Shown here: positions 9,577 to 19,958 of the stretch, in pieces | How the letters are laid out: every line of letters begins with the position of its first letter | Numbering within the stretch: the stretch's first letter is position 1 | Origin: Psammoneis japonica | Taxonomy: Eukaryota | Assembly: GCA_008632985.1 (NCBI GenBank) | Contig: QPGO01000029.1 | Coordinates: 570,874 to 634,873, forward strand | DNA: 64,000 bases | Direction: 5' to 3' | Notes under the pieces: model-generated | What the model was told of the DNA's origin: nothing | The model's input: the letters and a program-made list of their open reading frames with translations, nothing else | The model's database searches: none | Translations under genes and position numbers: made by a program

Positions 9577-11340
9577 TCATGATTTTCTCGCTCTTTTTTT
9601 GTTTGGTTTACCGTCATCGTCGTTTCGCTTCGCCACTGCCGCCGGCGCCGATCCAGTTGCGGCCGCTGTAGGCGTTTTTGATTCGCTCTTTTTCTTGCGT
9701 TTCGAGCTCCCCTTCTTGCCCCCTTTAGAATCAGAACCTCCTTCCGTTTTGCTACTGGAACCACTCTTGCTCTTGCTACTACTGCGGGGAGGCTTTGTTT
9801 TGCTTCCACTCCCACTCTTGTGGCGGCTGCTTGCAGTAGAGGCGCTTGCTGTTGTCCCTGCGGGAGGTGCCGGAGGAGCAATTCCCAATAGCTGCTCCTC
9901 ATCCATCACGCGGACACCACCTCCAGCCTTTGCCAACTTGACTCGTTTGCTTTGAAGCTGTGCTTCTTTTTGAAGCACCATTTTCTGCAAGGTAATCAGT
10001 GTAAGCGCATCTTTGCGAACCGAGTCGTACAAGTCGCAGACGCGCTTGGTCGGCAAAGGGCGCTCCGATACCTTGAGCTCTTTCAGCACATCCTTCATAC
10101 GATTCAACGTTGTCTTGTTGAGCCCAACCGGTCCACCAGTAGCTGGTGCAACCAGTCGTCCAGACTGTAGATACGGTGTCTGGGGCATTGGTGTTGGAGC
10201 TGTGGTTGCAAAACAGTGATCGAGAAGATCCGAATCGACCGTGGCAGCTCCTGCTGAAGCGGCCATTGGTATAGGAGTCACCGACCTTGAAGGATTCTGT
10301 GACGAAGCACCGCCTGCACTCGCCGCCAAAATGTGACCACCACTCTTTTTAAGCTTGCGTATTTGTGCTTCGACAAGACGCAACTCTTTCCGTAATTCAG
10401 CTTCTTCGAGCTCCTCTTCCTTGGTTCGATTCCAGAGAAGCTCCAAATGAGCGCGGCGTTCACGTTCTTTTGTCAAGTCAAACACATTCTTGTTGGATGC
10501 TCCGGTTCCTATTGTTGTAATAAGGGGCTGATAACTCGGTTCCGAGGTTGCAATGGCTCGGGCGGCAGCGGTTTCCATGAGAGTTTCCTCGTCGCCTGCT
10601 GCTGTCGTACTTTGAGTAGCTAGGGATGCAACCTCCAAGGCAGCCTCCTTGGCAACACGCGATTGATTGAGCAAGGCGGCGACACTGTAGTATCGATGCT
10701 GCATATCCTCAATCTTTCGTGATGGAGCCTGACACGCCTCTATCCACCCATCATAAATAACGGCCCATCTCAACTCGTATCGTCTCGCCAGTTCCATCAA
10801 AAGATCCGTTTCGCTTTTCGTCCATTCTGGACTCTGCAAATACTGCTGATATTCTCCTTCCGTGTAGACAACAGGGTCAAGATGAATATCAAAGCGAGCA
10901 TATGGATAGTCTGGGTATTCGACGTTCGCCCGAACCCAGTGTCGGAAACGAGCCCCATCCGTCCGTGCCGACGAAGAAAACGACGCCCACTCCCATTCAC
11001 GCGCTGCCTTGCCTGTTGATATCAGACGATTGCCGATCTTGATTGTGCCTTTGCTTGAGGAATCATCTTTATTGGAGCTACCAGGATCTGAAGATTTTCC
11101 ACCGCGTACGGAGAATGTCGGAACAATTGGAGGAAGAGACGCCGATTTTCTGTCTTCTTTGCTATCCTTCAACAAGTCCACCACCTCACGTGCCATGCCC
11201 GTCGCCCGCAAAGATCGTGAAGGATGATGGCTTGGTGGCGGAGGCGGTGGAGCACCCAACAGGGATGCAGACGAGTCTTTCTCAGAAGCAACGCTTGGAT
11301 GCGCCATGGCGCCAGACAAAATGTCCGCTGCGTCGCCCAT
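9577..11340 (-). CDS. DMAP1: DNA methyltransferase 1-associated protein / SWR1-NuA4 subunit Swc4 (SANT domain)
   Basis: WEWASFSSSARTDGARFRHWVR, YPYARFD, SANT WTKSETDLLMELARRYELRWAVIYD, FDLTKERERR and PTKRVCDLYDSVR. Confidence 0.92.
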   Translation of the reverse strand: MGDAADILSGAMAHPSVASEKDSSASLLGAPPPPPPSHHPSRSLRATGMAREVVDLLKDSKEDRKSASLPPIVPTFSVRGGKSSDPGSSNKDDSSSKGTIKIGNRLISTGKAAREWEWASFSSSARTDGARFRHWVRANVEYPDYPYARFDIHLDPVVYTEGEYQQYLQSPEWTKSETDLLMELARRYELRWAVIYDGWIEACQAPSRKIEDMQHRYYSVAALLNQSRVAKEAALEVASLATQSTTAAGDEETLMETAAARAIATSEPSYQPLITTIGTGASNKNVFDLTKERERRAHLELLWNRTKEEELEEAELRKELRLVEAQIRKLKKSGGHILAASAGGASSQNPSRSVTPIPMAASAGAATVDSDLLDHCFATTAPTPMPQTPYLQSGRLVAPATGGPVGLNKTTLNRMKDVLKELKVSERPLPTKRVCDLYDSVRKDALTLITLQKMVLQKEAQLQSKRVKLAKAGGGVRVMDEEQLLGIAPPAPPAGTTASASTASSRHKSGSGSKTKPPRSSSKSKSGSSSKTEGGSDSKGGKKGSSKRKKKSESKTPTAAATGSAPAAVAKRNDDDGKPNKKRARKS

Positions 11341-11514
11341 GGTCGACGCTTTTTTTTTCTTCTTTTTGTGTGTCGCGGGCTCGCGGGTCGCGGCGGGGGG
11401 GAATAAACGCTGACTGACGACAGACGGACATCACAAACGCGCTGCGCGCGCGCGCTGTGCGCTGATGTGCGTTGATTCATTCGATCCGACGACTGATGGT
11501 TTTCCAAGCCGCCG

Positions 11515-11560
11515 CATAGCTGCCTCTCTCTCTAGCTAGAGGGCCCTCTCTAGAGAGTAG
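11515..11560. repeat. Short CTAG-rich element containing the palindrome AGAGGGCCCTCT
   Basis: ctctctctctagctagagggccctctctagagagtag. Confidence 0.65.
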
Positions 11561-12405
11561 GAAACAAGTCTTCCATTACAGCATTTCTGTCCAAAAGGCA
11601 ACCCATTGCTGAGGACAATCCAAGACTTTGTGGGCAATGGAGCGCCTGCCACCATCAGAAAAGCGAGCTCAAGAGACAAGAGTTTGATGTTTTCTTGGCC
11701 AGTGAGCTTCTTTCAAGAGTTTGGCAATGCCAATGACGACGGCTGCCACGCAGAAATGAAACATTTGTCATGTTTCAGACATGTGATTAAAACTTGGCGA
11801 GACCGCCAAATCCTTGAGTTTAGGGCCTGCTGTGGAGTGTCCCTCTCCACTCTGCTCCAAAATTCGATCCAAATCCCTACGTCAATGCTTATTCTTCATG
11901 GTCGTAGTAACTATTTCTAAAATAATAGCCAGATGGTGACGTTTATAGATTATTCATTGTCAAATACAATAATTTAATGTTTTTATACGTGAAATACCCT
12001 TCCAATTCAACTCGAATGGTACCATTTCTACAAAATTCTACCTACCGGATCCATCTACCAAAACCGTGTAGAATGGATGTACGTTCAACGCTCGACTCCT
12101 CGCGTTGGGCGTCGCCGGTTGCTGAACTCCGCAGTTTTGGCGGGGTTTGGCGGCAGGTGGATGGAATACTTTGCTTCCACTTCCCATTGCAGCTACAGTA
12201 CTGCTTCGTGCCACACAACACCAAACCAAAACACGTTGGCGTTGGTCTTGTAACAATCACCGTGACCATCAATTTCGGGGTATATTTTGAACGGCAAAGC
12301 TAGCAAAAGGCTTTGTTTGATTGTTCGGCAATTCCATAGAAGCGCAGCGTTGTGTGGAAGGATTCAGTCGAAGTCGCCGTGTTGGAAGCAGTTTTTCTGA
12401 TTTGA

Positions 12406-14655
12406 ATGATACCCACTCAGCTATCAAACATGGGCCATGAATGCACCGCTGCAGATGCTCGTGCGATACCGTCCGGTGCCCCAATAACACCGTCTGATTC
12501 GTCTAAAAGAGAGTACGCGTCGCCTTCGCTGTCTACTGCTTCCCGCTCCAGCTGTATTGACGTTGCCATGTCCTCGGAAGCGTCTTCTGTGTCCTCCTGC
12601 CGATCCTCACGATCGTCGAGAAGTCAGCCTGTGCTTCCGTCTCCTTCTCGATCAAGATTGGATCCGCAGTACGCAGCAAGGCTTTCGCTCAACACGAGTA
12701 TACCCCCATGGAAATCGAGTTCTACGTCAAGGTCAATCATGCCTCCTCCTGGTATCAATCGGAGACGGTCGTCAAATTTCCGCCCTTCTTCGATTGTTGT
12801 TCCGAGTTTTGATGCTAGAATGTCTGCAACAGGCAGTGAAATTCAATACAGTACCCCCGATAGACGATGTCCTCCCGCTTTCTTTTCCTCCTCGCCGAGT
12901 CCCGTTGGTAGCTATGGAGGCAGATCCCCCGCAAGCTTTGGAAGTTTGAATAGCCCCGCTAGAACACCTCGACGATACAGCACAAAATACGGGAAAAAGC
13001 TTGGAAACTCTGATCGGTTTATTCCTTCCCGAGCAACATCAAACTTGAACTTTTCACTCTGGAACGATTCTTCTAGTGCTTCTGATCGATCAGAGACTGG
13101 TGCCGAAGAGAGCAACGCTCGTGCTGCCGGAGAAAGAGCAGACGCAGACGCCTCTGACGCAAATGCGGCCGCTCGAGCGGCTGAGAGCACTGTTCCGACT
13201 CAACAACCGCTATTCAACGTTCTCCTTCGTTCGGAACTTCTCGGCGAAAATCTCGACCCACTGTCACCGACGCCCGGAAACCACCCGGGCGAATCTTCCC
13301 AGAGAAGCAATTCTTCGGCACCACTGCGGGAAGGAGGAAACTTGCGCTTTCAGGGTCCACGCGAAGCGTACCTAAACAACGCGTTTCAATCGGTTTCGGG
13401 TCCGTCAGCCGTGGTGAACTCGTTTAGCTTGACGCCTGTCGGTAACTCTGCAAATCAACGCTTGTTGACCACGCCTCAGAAACTGAAGCGTAGAATCCAG
13501 AAAGTACCTTTCAAAGTACTAGATGCTCCTGCACTACAGGATGACTTTTATCTGAATTTGGTTGATTGGTACGTCCCATACTCTTGGTATCTATGCTTGA
13601 TTGTCTTGTTGTTTACGCGCTTGTCTGTCCTCCTGTTTCTCCTTTCCTTAGGTCGTCCCAAAATGTACTCGCCGTTGGACTTGGTGCTTGTGTATATTTG
13701 TGGAGTGCTTGCACATCAAAAGTTACAAAACTGTGTGATCTTTCGGCATCGGAGGATATCGTTACTTCGGTTTCGTGGGCGCAGCGCGGAACACATTTGG
13801 CAGTGGGTACGAATCGCGGTGACGTTCAGTTGTGGGATACCATAAAGTGCAAAAAGGTTCGAATCCTGGCGGGTCATTCGGCAAGAATTGGAGCACTGTC
13901 CTGGACTGGACCCACGCTTGCGAGTGGAAGCCGAGACCGTCTGATTTACCTGAGGGATGTTCGCATTCAACCAATGTATGTTGCAAGGCTTGCTTCTCAC
14001 AAACAAGAGGTTTGTGGCTTGAAATGGTCTTTTGACGAGCCTTCCAACCTGGCTTCTGGGGGTAATGATAACAAGCTATTTGTTTGGGATATCAAAAACA
14101 CCAGCGCACCGGTACATCGATTCGCGGAACACACTGCAGCCGTGAAAGCAATCGCCTGGTCTCCTCATCAACACGGTCTACTTGTGAGTGGCGGTGGAAC
14201 CGCGGACAGGTGTATTCGATTTTGGAATACACTTAGTGGTGCTGGATTGAGCTGTGTGGATACGGGTAGCCAGGTTTGCAATTTGGCATGGTCGCAAAAC
14301 TGCAACGAGCTTGTGAGCACTCATGGGTACTCGTTGAATCAGATTGTTGTTTGGAGATATCCTAGCATGAGCAAAGTTGCTACACTTACGGGACACACAT
14401 ATCGAGTTTTGTATCTGGCGATGTCCCCAGATGGATCAACAATTGTGACGTGAGTGTACTGCAACATTTTCCATATTCTATGCGAATCATTTCGCCTCAT
14501 TTTTGCTTCGTTTTACTTTTGACGTTTCTGTTTCCAGTGGAGCGGGGGACGAAACATTGCGGTTTTGGCAGGTATTTCCCGGACCACGATCGAATGACAA
14601 AAGCTCGGGCAACGGTCTGTTGTTTCCAAATATGCCTGGTTCAGTTGTGAGGTGA
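12406..14655 (+). CDS. FZR1: APC/C activator Cdh1/Fizzy-related (CCS52-like) WD40 protein; introns 13569-13651 and 14450-14537; start codon uncertain
   Basis: C-box DRFIPSR, FKVLDAPALQDDFYLNLVDW, HKQEVCGLKWS, SGGGTADRCIRFWNT and RVLYLAMSPDGSTIVT|GAGDETLRFW. Ends VR-stop (IR-tail variant). Confidence 0.93.
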
Positions 14656-15199
14656 GACATTGAAGGAAGACATCCTGAACGGTTCTTATTCATCAAGTTG
14701 AACAAACGCAACGATGTATGCGCGTTGGCGAAACCATTTTCGTGATATTCTTCTGAGAAACATTATCGCTAAATGCAAAATAGACTCTACGGTGACAAAA
14801 GGCTTCTGATTCTATTTTAGATGTTTGTGAATATAACTGCGTCCTCGTTCGTGTTAACAACGGGCCTGTAGAATTTGTGATAACTGGAAGGCCCTAAGAA
14901 TGCAGTTGTCCACGCAGAATCAAGGCTCACCAGGTGCAACCCATTGCTGCTTTTGATGCCAGTCCCAATACTCCTTCAGAAGCAGATCAACCGTACCAAT
15001 ATCACAGGCTGCTTGCACTTGTCGCCGAGCGGAAAGACGCATTGACTCTGCTTCTTCTAAATCAGGAGCCTTATTTTCCACATGCCAACCGTCCAGCTGC
15101 TGGAGTTTCTCCTCTTTATATGCCTCGAGTGGCACTTGCTGTGCTAATCTATGAGCCAGAGGAATGTCATCTTCATTGTCACTGTTCATTACTTGATCC

Positions 15200-17500
15200 T
15201 CATCGATGTCAGCACAAATGATTTTTCTGCAATGCTTTCTGGTGTGGGTGCTGCCTGCAGACAAATCTCTGCACACAATGTGCTGTCGCACAATCAGCAC
15301 TGAGTCTGCTGAGGAAGCTTGTGATGCATGCCCCATGAGGACTTGCATGCCAACAAAAAAAATGGATGAATGTTCACACTCTGGACACCCACAAAAGCAT
15401 GTCCTCTTGAGCATTTCATGTGCAAATGCTTCACACACGAGAGATGCACAATTCACACTCAAAGTTGATTGTCGTTTTGTGGATCACCTGGAGCTGGAAC
15501 ACGTCAATTGTTTTTGTCATCTGTCGCATGTTTTGCGCACACATTTCTGCATGTGATGTTCCACAAAATTGTCCCACACTCCCTGTTTTGCAAAGCCCCA
15601 GATGTTTTGTTCAACACATCTGTGGGAACAACAATGCACCCAGCACATTCTTTGATGTCTGAAGAGTGTGCTGGGCCAAGCAAAAAATGATGTGCTTCAA
15701 TGACAGGTCTGTGGAAAATCATGTTTTCAAGCAAAAAACAGAGAATCTGTGTGAGTTTCAACTGTTTGCAACACCAACAGTGCAGCCACAAGGGCTTTTT
15801 CTGTGTGATGAGCTCACGCGTTTTTGACACAACTTTGACACAACTTTTGACACAAATCAAAGTTGTGCCACAGTTTCGAAAATGCACACCCGGGTGTTTT
15901 TAGAATTCCTGCGAGACTTCCAGTGCAAATTTTGAAGAAAAAAAAATGCACAACCCAGGTGTGCATTTTGAATGTTGTGTCACACATTTTGAAAAATGCA
16001 CACACGGGTTCTTTTGCATGCAGAAGCCTGGCACATTCCTGCATGACACGAAAGTTGGGACATTTTTAATTGTGCACATCCGGGTCTTTGCACAACTTTT
16101 TTTGTCTCACACAGTTTTTTGTGTCAAAAGTTGTGTCTAAAAATGTCTTTTCTACGAGGTGGTGCAGGCAATGAATTTGTCTTGTCCAACAGATCTTGTG
16201 CTGGCAGGCACAATTCACATCAATTTTGACGTGCAGGTGGCAAAAATGGCGATTTCCTGCAGACCCGATGGATGAGTTTGTGCATTCACACAATTGCCTG
16301 CTCTTTTTCTGTTGGCGATCATTGACACATCAATTGCCTGACAATTTTGCTGCGGAGCTCGCACGTGGAATTCTGCGGGCCAAATGTCACATGGATTCCC
16401 ACCTGCATTGGGAGTGCATCAGCGTGCTTTGTCCAAACATGCTGCTTGTGCGGATGGCTGCCAACTGGCCAGAGAGCACAGCAGAGTTGAGGTGCAGCAA
16501 GGAGTGCATGAGGAGTGTCAGCTGGCTGCTCTGGTGTCCAGCCTGCCAAGCACCTCAATTGAGGCAAAAAACCCAATTGAGGTGGTTTTTTGACCCCCCT
16601 TGCCAGATTGCCAAAACCATCATGGCCCTTGAGTGACAGCAGAGTGTTGTTCTCCATGCTTTAAATCCTCTTGCAGGGGCAACAACTCAGCTCTTCATTT
16701 GCGCTCGACCACACATTTTCTTCTTCACCTTGTTGGCATGCAAACATGTGCACACACAAAATTTGCAAATTTTGGGACTTTGACAATGATGCGACCACCA
16801 TTTTTCAAACTCTGGGACTCTCTCAACAATCAAGCTTTGAACAAAATTGTGGAACACAACAAGGACGACCTTGTCATGGCAGCCTGAGTCTTGAAATCGA
16901 AGTGACAGCAGTTGAGAAAAGGAGGGTTCAAGCGAAAAACACAAAAAACGGCACCACAAAAATTCGGGTCTGCAACAATGGCAAACATGTGCTGCACACA
17001 CTGCAGGCTGTTTTCTCCATTGTGACAGAAGCTTGCTGTTGTGTGCAGAGCTTTCAAGGAGCAGTTTTTGTGATCACAGCATTGGAGTTGCTGCCACAAA
17101 ACAAGCGGCCGACACCGCCAATGATCTTTGTGTCGACTTGTGTCACCAAAACACAGCAATCAACAATGGCAAGCACATGATGTGTTGACATGCATTAAAT
17201 GCAGGAGACAACATGGTGGTTGAAATTGCGACAAACGGCTTTTTGTGAATGTGATGGGCAATTTTCGAATCCCACGTTCATGGCCAATTTGTGGATCTCA
17301 AAATTCAAATTTGGTGCAGGCAAGCACATTGTGCATGCAAAGCAAGGTGTTGTGAGTGTTGAAATGGCTTCATTGTTGTTGCAGAGACTGCTTTGTGCAA
17401 CATGATTGACGTCGTCATCTCCCAAAATGGCAGGCGAGCTTCGCCTCAAGCAACTGGCTGAGGCAAATTTCGCTGCTTCACAACTGAGGAAAGAAACCGG
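15200..17500. other. TpA-erased, CpG-depleted block A (decayed sequence)
   Basis: TA is nearly absent and TG/CA very frequent. ORFs lack Tyr and are rich in C/H/Q/M/W. Confidence 0.85.
15821..16143. mobile_element. Small inverted-repeat element (MITE-like, ~320 bp)
   Basis: Perfect 20-bp inverted repeat gacacaacttttgacacaaa (15837-15856) versus 16118-16137, plus internal repeated aaaatgcaca..cc(g/a)gg motifs. Confidence 0.5.
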
Positions 17501-17590
17501 CAGACTAGAAGTAGACACTGGCTGCTCCAGCAGAGAAGCAGCTGCTCTAGCTACTGCCAGCTAGAGAGAGCACTGCAGTGGCTACGAGTG
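17500..17590. repeat. Partially converted CTAG-family element at the right edge of block A
   Basis: gactagaagtag...ctgctccagcagagaagcagctgctctagctactgccagctagagagagcactgcagtggctac. Confidence 0.65.
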
Positions 17591-17957
17591 CTGGAAAGTG
17601 GCTGCGCGCTGTTGACGGAAACTTCCCATTGCGAGTTTGAAATTTTGAACGTCATCATTGCGTCATCAAATGTTTGTTGGTGGCGTCTGCTCGTCAACTC
17701 AACGACCGTCGTCTCACCACCAGCGAGCAACAGACAACATCAGACCAGCAGAAGTACTGTAAGGCCACCATCATCCATCACCATTACACACACCTCACTT
17801 GATCATACCGGTATTACCTTTGATCCTTCCATGGAATGTAGTATTGACCCTTCTACTCCTCTATCACAACAGAGAAAGTATCGCACGAGCGTTCTCCCTT
17901 CACATCCGTAGTTTGCATTGATAGTTAGTACGACTTATTACTTATTGAGGGAACAAA

Positions 17958-19958
17958 ATGATGTTTGCAGGCGCCAGCTCAAGTGCTGTACTCAGAATAC
18001 TTTGGGTCGCGGTGTGGTTATTCCCTAGTCAAGGGTTTGTTCGGAATATTGCACCGCCACGGCGAAATTTTGGTCATTATTCGTATCAAGAGACAGCTCT
18101 CTCGGCCAAATTGTGGGACCGTCTTCAGATTGAAGAAGATCCAGGTGAGTCTGTGTTCCTCTTGATCCACCTGTTTTCTTTTAGCCCCTGCAGCTTATCC
18201 TTCTTCTTCTCTTTCCCATGCTATGTAGAACCCTTTTGGTACCTGCTGAATTGTATCGCAGGGCTTGAAATTGATCTGATGCGACAATGTAGGGCAGTAT
18301 GCGAAGAAATGCCGGATGCGATCAAGTTTGTGGTTCCGACCGAAAGAAAGACTCGATCCCACGGTGCAAATAGGATGGTGACTGAAGATAAGGTCAAATA
18401 TCCAGGGTATGTTTTTGCGAAGCTGCGTTTGTGCCCCGAAGTGTACGAAGCCATTCAACAACTCGACCTTTGCAGATCATGGATGGGGACTGTCAATCGG
18501 AAAGGCTACAAGAAGCTTCCTCCATCACCCGTGGCATTGAATTATGACGAGGTGGAAAATTTTGGACTTGAAGATCTTGAGTTCATAGAAGAGGAGGAGG
18601 AAGAAGAAGATGATTCTGTGATTGTAGACACGGAAGATGACGATGAAGCGAGCCAGGACGATGCGATCGACCAGGAGGCCCTTAGCGCATACCTTGGTCT
18701 CAAGGTCGAAGATATGGTAAAGGTTACAAAGAAAGGAAACTTCGTCGGAGAAGATGGAACGATTCGTCGTCTGAAAGATGGGAAGATTCTTGTTCGTTTC
18801 TTCACGTACGGAACAATGTTTGAAGAGTGGATGGAGCCACAGGATGTTCGTCCTTTGACCAATGTGGAAGTATTGAGGGGGCTATCGGGACCATCTCAAC
18901 CAATAACGCAGCGTGACTTCGACGGTCCCGGTGATCGACGCGATTACAAGCGTAGTAGGCCTCTTCGAGGGGATCTCATGAGTGGCATCAAAGGCAATCG
19001 TGGTGTTCGGAACCGGAGGCAGGATCGCGCAGACCGTGGCGACAGGTTCAAACGGAGTGAATTTGAGCGACGACAAGAACGCGAGCGCGAGGAGCGAAAC
19101 TGGAAATGGTACCAAGAAAACCAAAGTCGACAGAAAAGTGATCAGCCATCCAGGCTAGGCCGGGCGAATTACAGTCCGGACAGCTTGCCGCCATCTCAGA
19201 GACAGATAAGAAAGGACAAGCGACAGCAAAAAGGACAACAAAGTAGGGAATTCGAGAACGCCATTGACGGAGACGAGGACTGGAGCGCTTTTGTGTCTCC
19301 AACCTCCTCAGAATCTTCAACCCCATCTCCTTCTGAAGAAGATTCTTTCTTCGCATCACTCATGTCTGATTTATCACAAGACTTAGGCTCAGGTACGGAC
19401 GAGAGCAGTAAAAGCGGTGAGCAAGGTGCTTCGTTGGATACTGAAGATGATTTCTTCAGCTCGCTCACGTCTCAGCTTTCAGAGGAGCTTGGAGGTGAGG
19501 AAGAGAGCTCAGAAGCACAAACCAAGGACGACAACAATTTCGGAGATGACGATTTCTTTTCCGCCCTTGAGGCAGAGTTGGCTGGACCGATAACCGAAGA
19601 TGAAGAAGTAACCAGCTCTACGGAAAGCATCTCTCAGTCGAGCCTTGACGATGATCTTGCTGACTTCATGGCTGAGTTGTTACCGTCAAATCCAAATCCA
19701 ACAAGTTCAACAGATTCCGCTGATACTGCAAGAATAGATACTGAACCTGAAACAACGGAGAGCCCCGAGCCGACAACAACACAGAATCAAAAGTCAGGTG
19801 GCACAGGGCAAATTCCTGCGGAGCAAGAAGAACCGATGCATACATCAACAGATTTCGAGAAGCTGACAGTTCCTGCATTGAAAGAAATACTCCGAGGACG
19901 TGGATTGAAAGTTTCTGGAAAGAAGGCCGAGCTTGTTGAACGGCTAAAACAGCAATAG
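17958..19958 (+). CDS. Putative plastid-targeted NusG-domain protein (NGN + KOW + acidic linker + C-terminal SAP domain); in-frame intron 18145-18228
   Basis: Signal peptide ending SQG-F; NGN WYLLNCIAGLE...VVPTERK...KVKYPGYVFAKL; KOW LKVEDMVKVTKKGNFVGEDGTI; SAP LTVPALKEILRGRGLKVSGKKAELVERL; 84-nt GTGAGT...TAG intron. Confidence 0.85.
   Translation: MMFAGASSSAVLRILWVAVWLFPSQGFVRNIAPPRRNFGHYSYQETALSAKLWDRLQIEEDPGESVFLLIHLFSFSPCSLSFFFSFPCYVEPFWYLLNCIAGLEIDLMRQCRAVCEEMPDAIKFVVPTERKTRSHGANRMVTEDKVKYPGYVFAKLRLCPEVYEAIQQLDLCRSWMGTVNRKGYKKLPPSPVALNYDEVENFGLEDLEFIEEEEEEEDDSVIVDTEDDDEASQDDAIDQEALSAYLGLKVEDMVKVTKKGNFVGEDGTIRRLKDGKILVRFFTYGTMFEEWMEPQDVRPLTNVEVLRGLSGPSQPITQRDFDGPGDRRDYKRSRPLRGDLMSGIKGNRGVRNRRQDRADRGDRFKRSEFERRQEREREERNWKWYQENQSRQKSDQPSRLGRANYSPDSLPPSQRQIRKDKRQQKGQQSREFENAIDGDEDWSAFVSPTSSESSTPSPSEEDSFFASLMSDLSQDLGSGTDESSKSGEQGASLDTEDDFFSSLTSQLSEELGGEEESSEAQTKDDNNFGDDDFFSALEAELAGPITEDEEVTSSTESISQSSLDDDLADFMAELLPSNPNPTSSTDSADTARIDTEPETTESPEPTTTQNQKSGGTGQIPAEQEEPMHTSTDFEKLTVPALKEILRGRGLKVSGKKAELVERLKQQ

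Noticed and set aside
9577..11340. DMAP1 or the DDT-PHD gene as the cause of the hypermutated blocks
   Set aside because: They are ordinary conserved chromatin genes. Proximity is not evidence, and neither has a deaminase or methylase domain.
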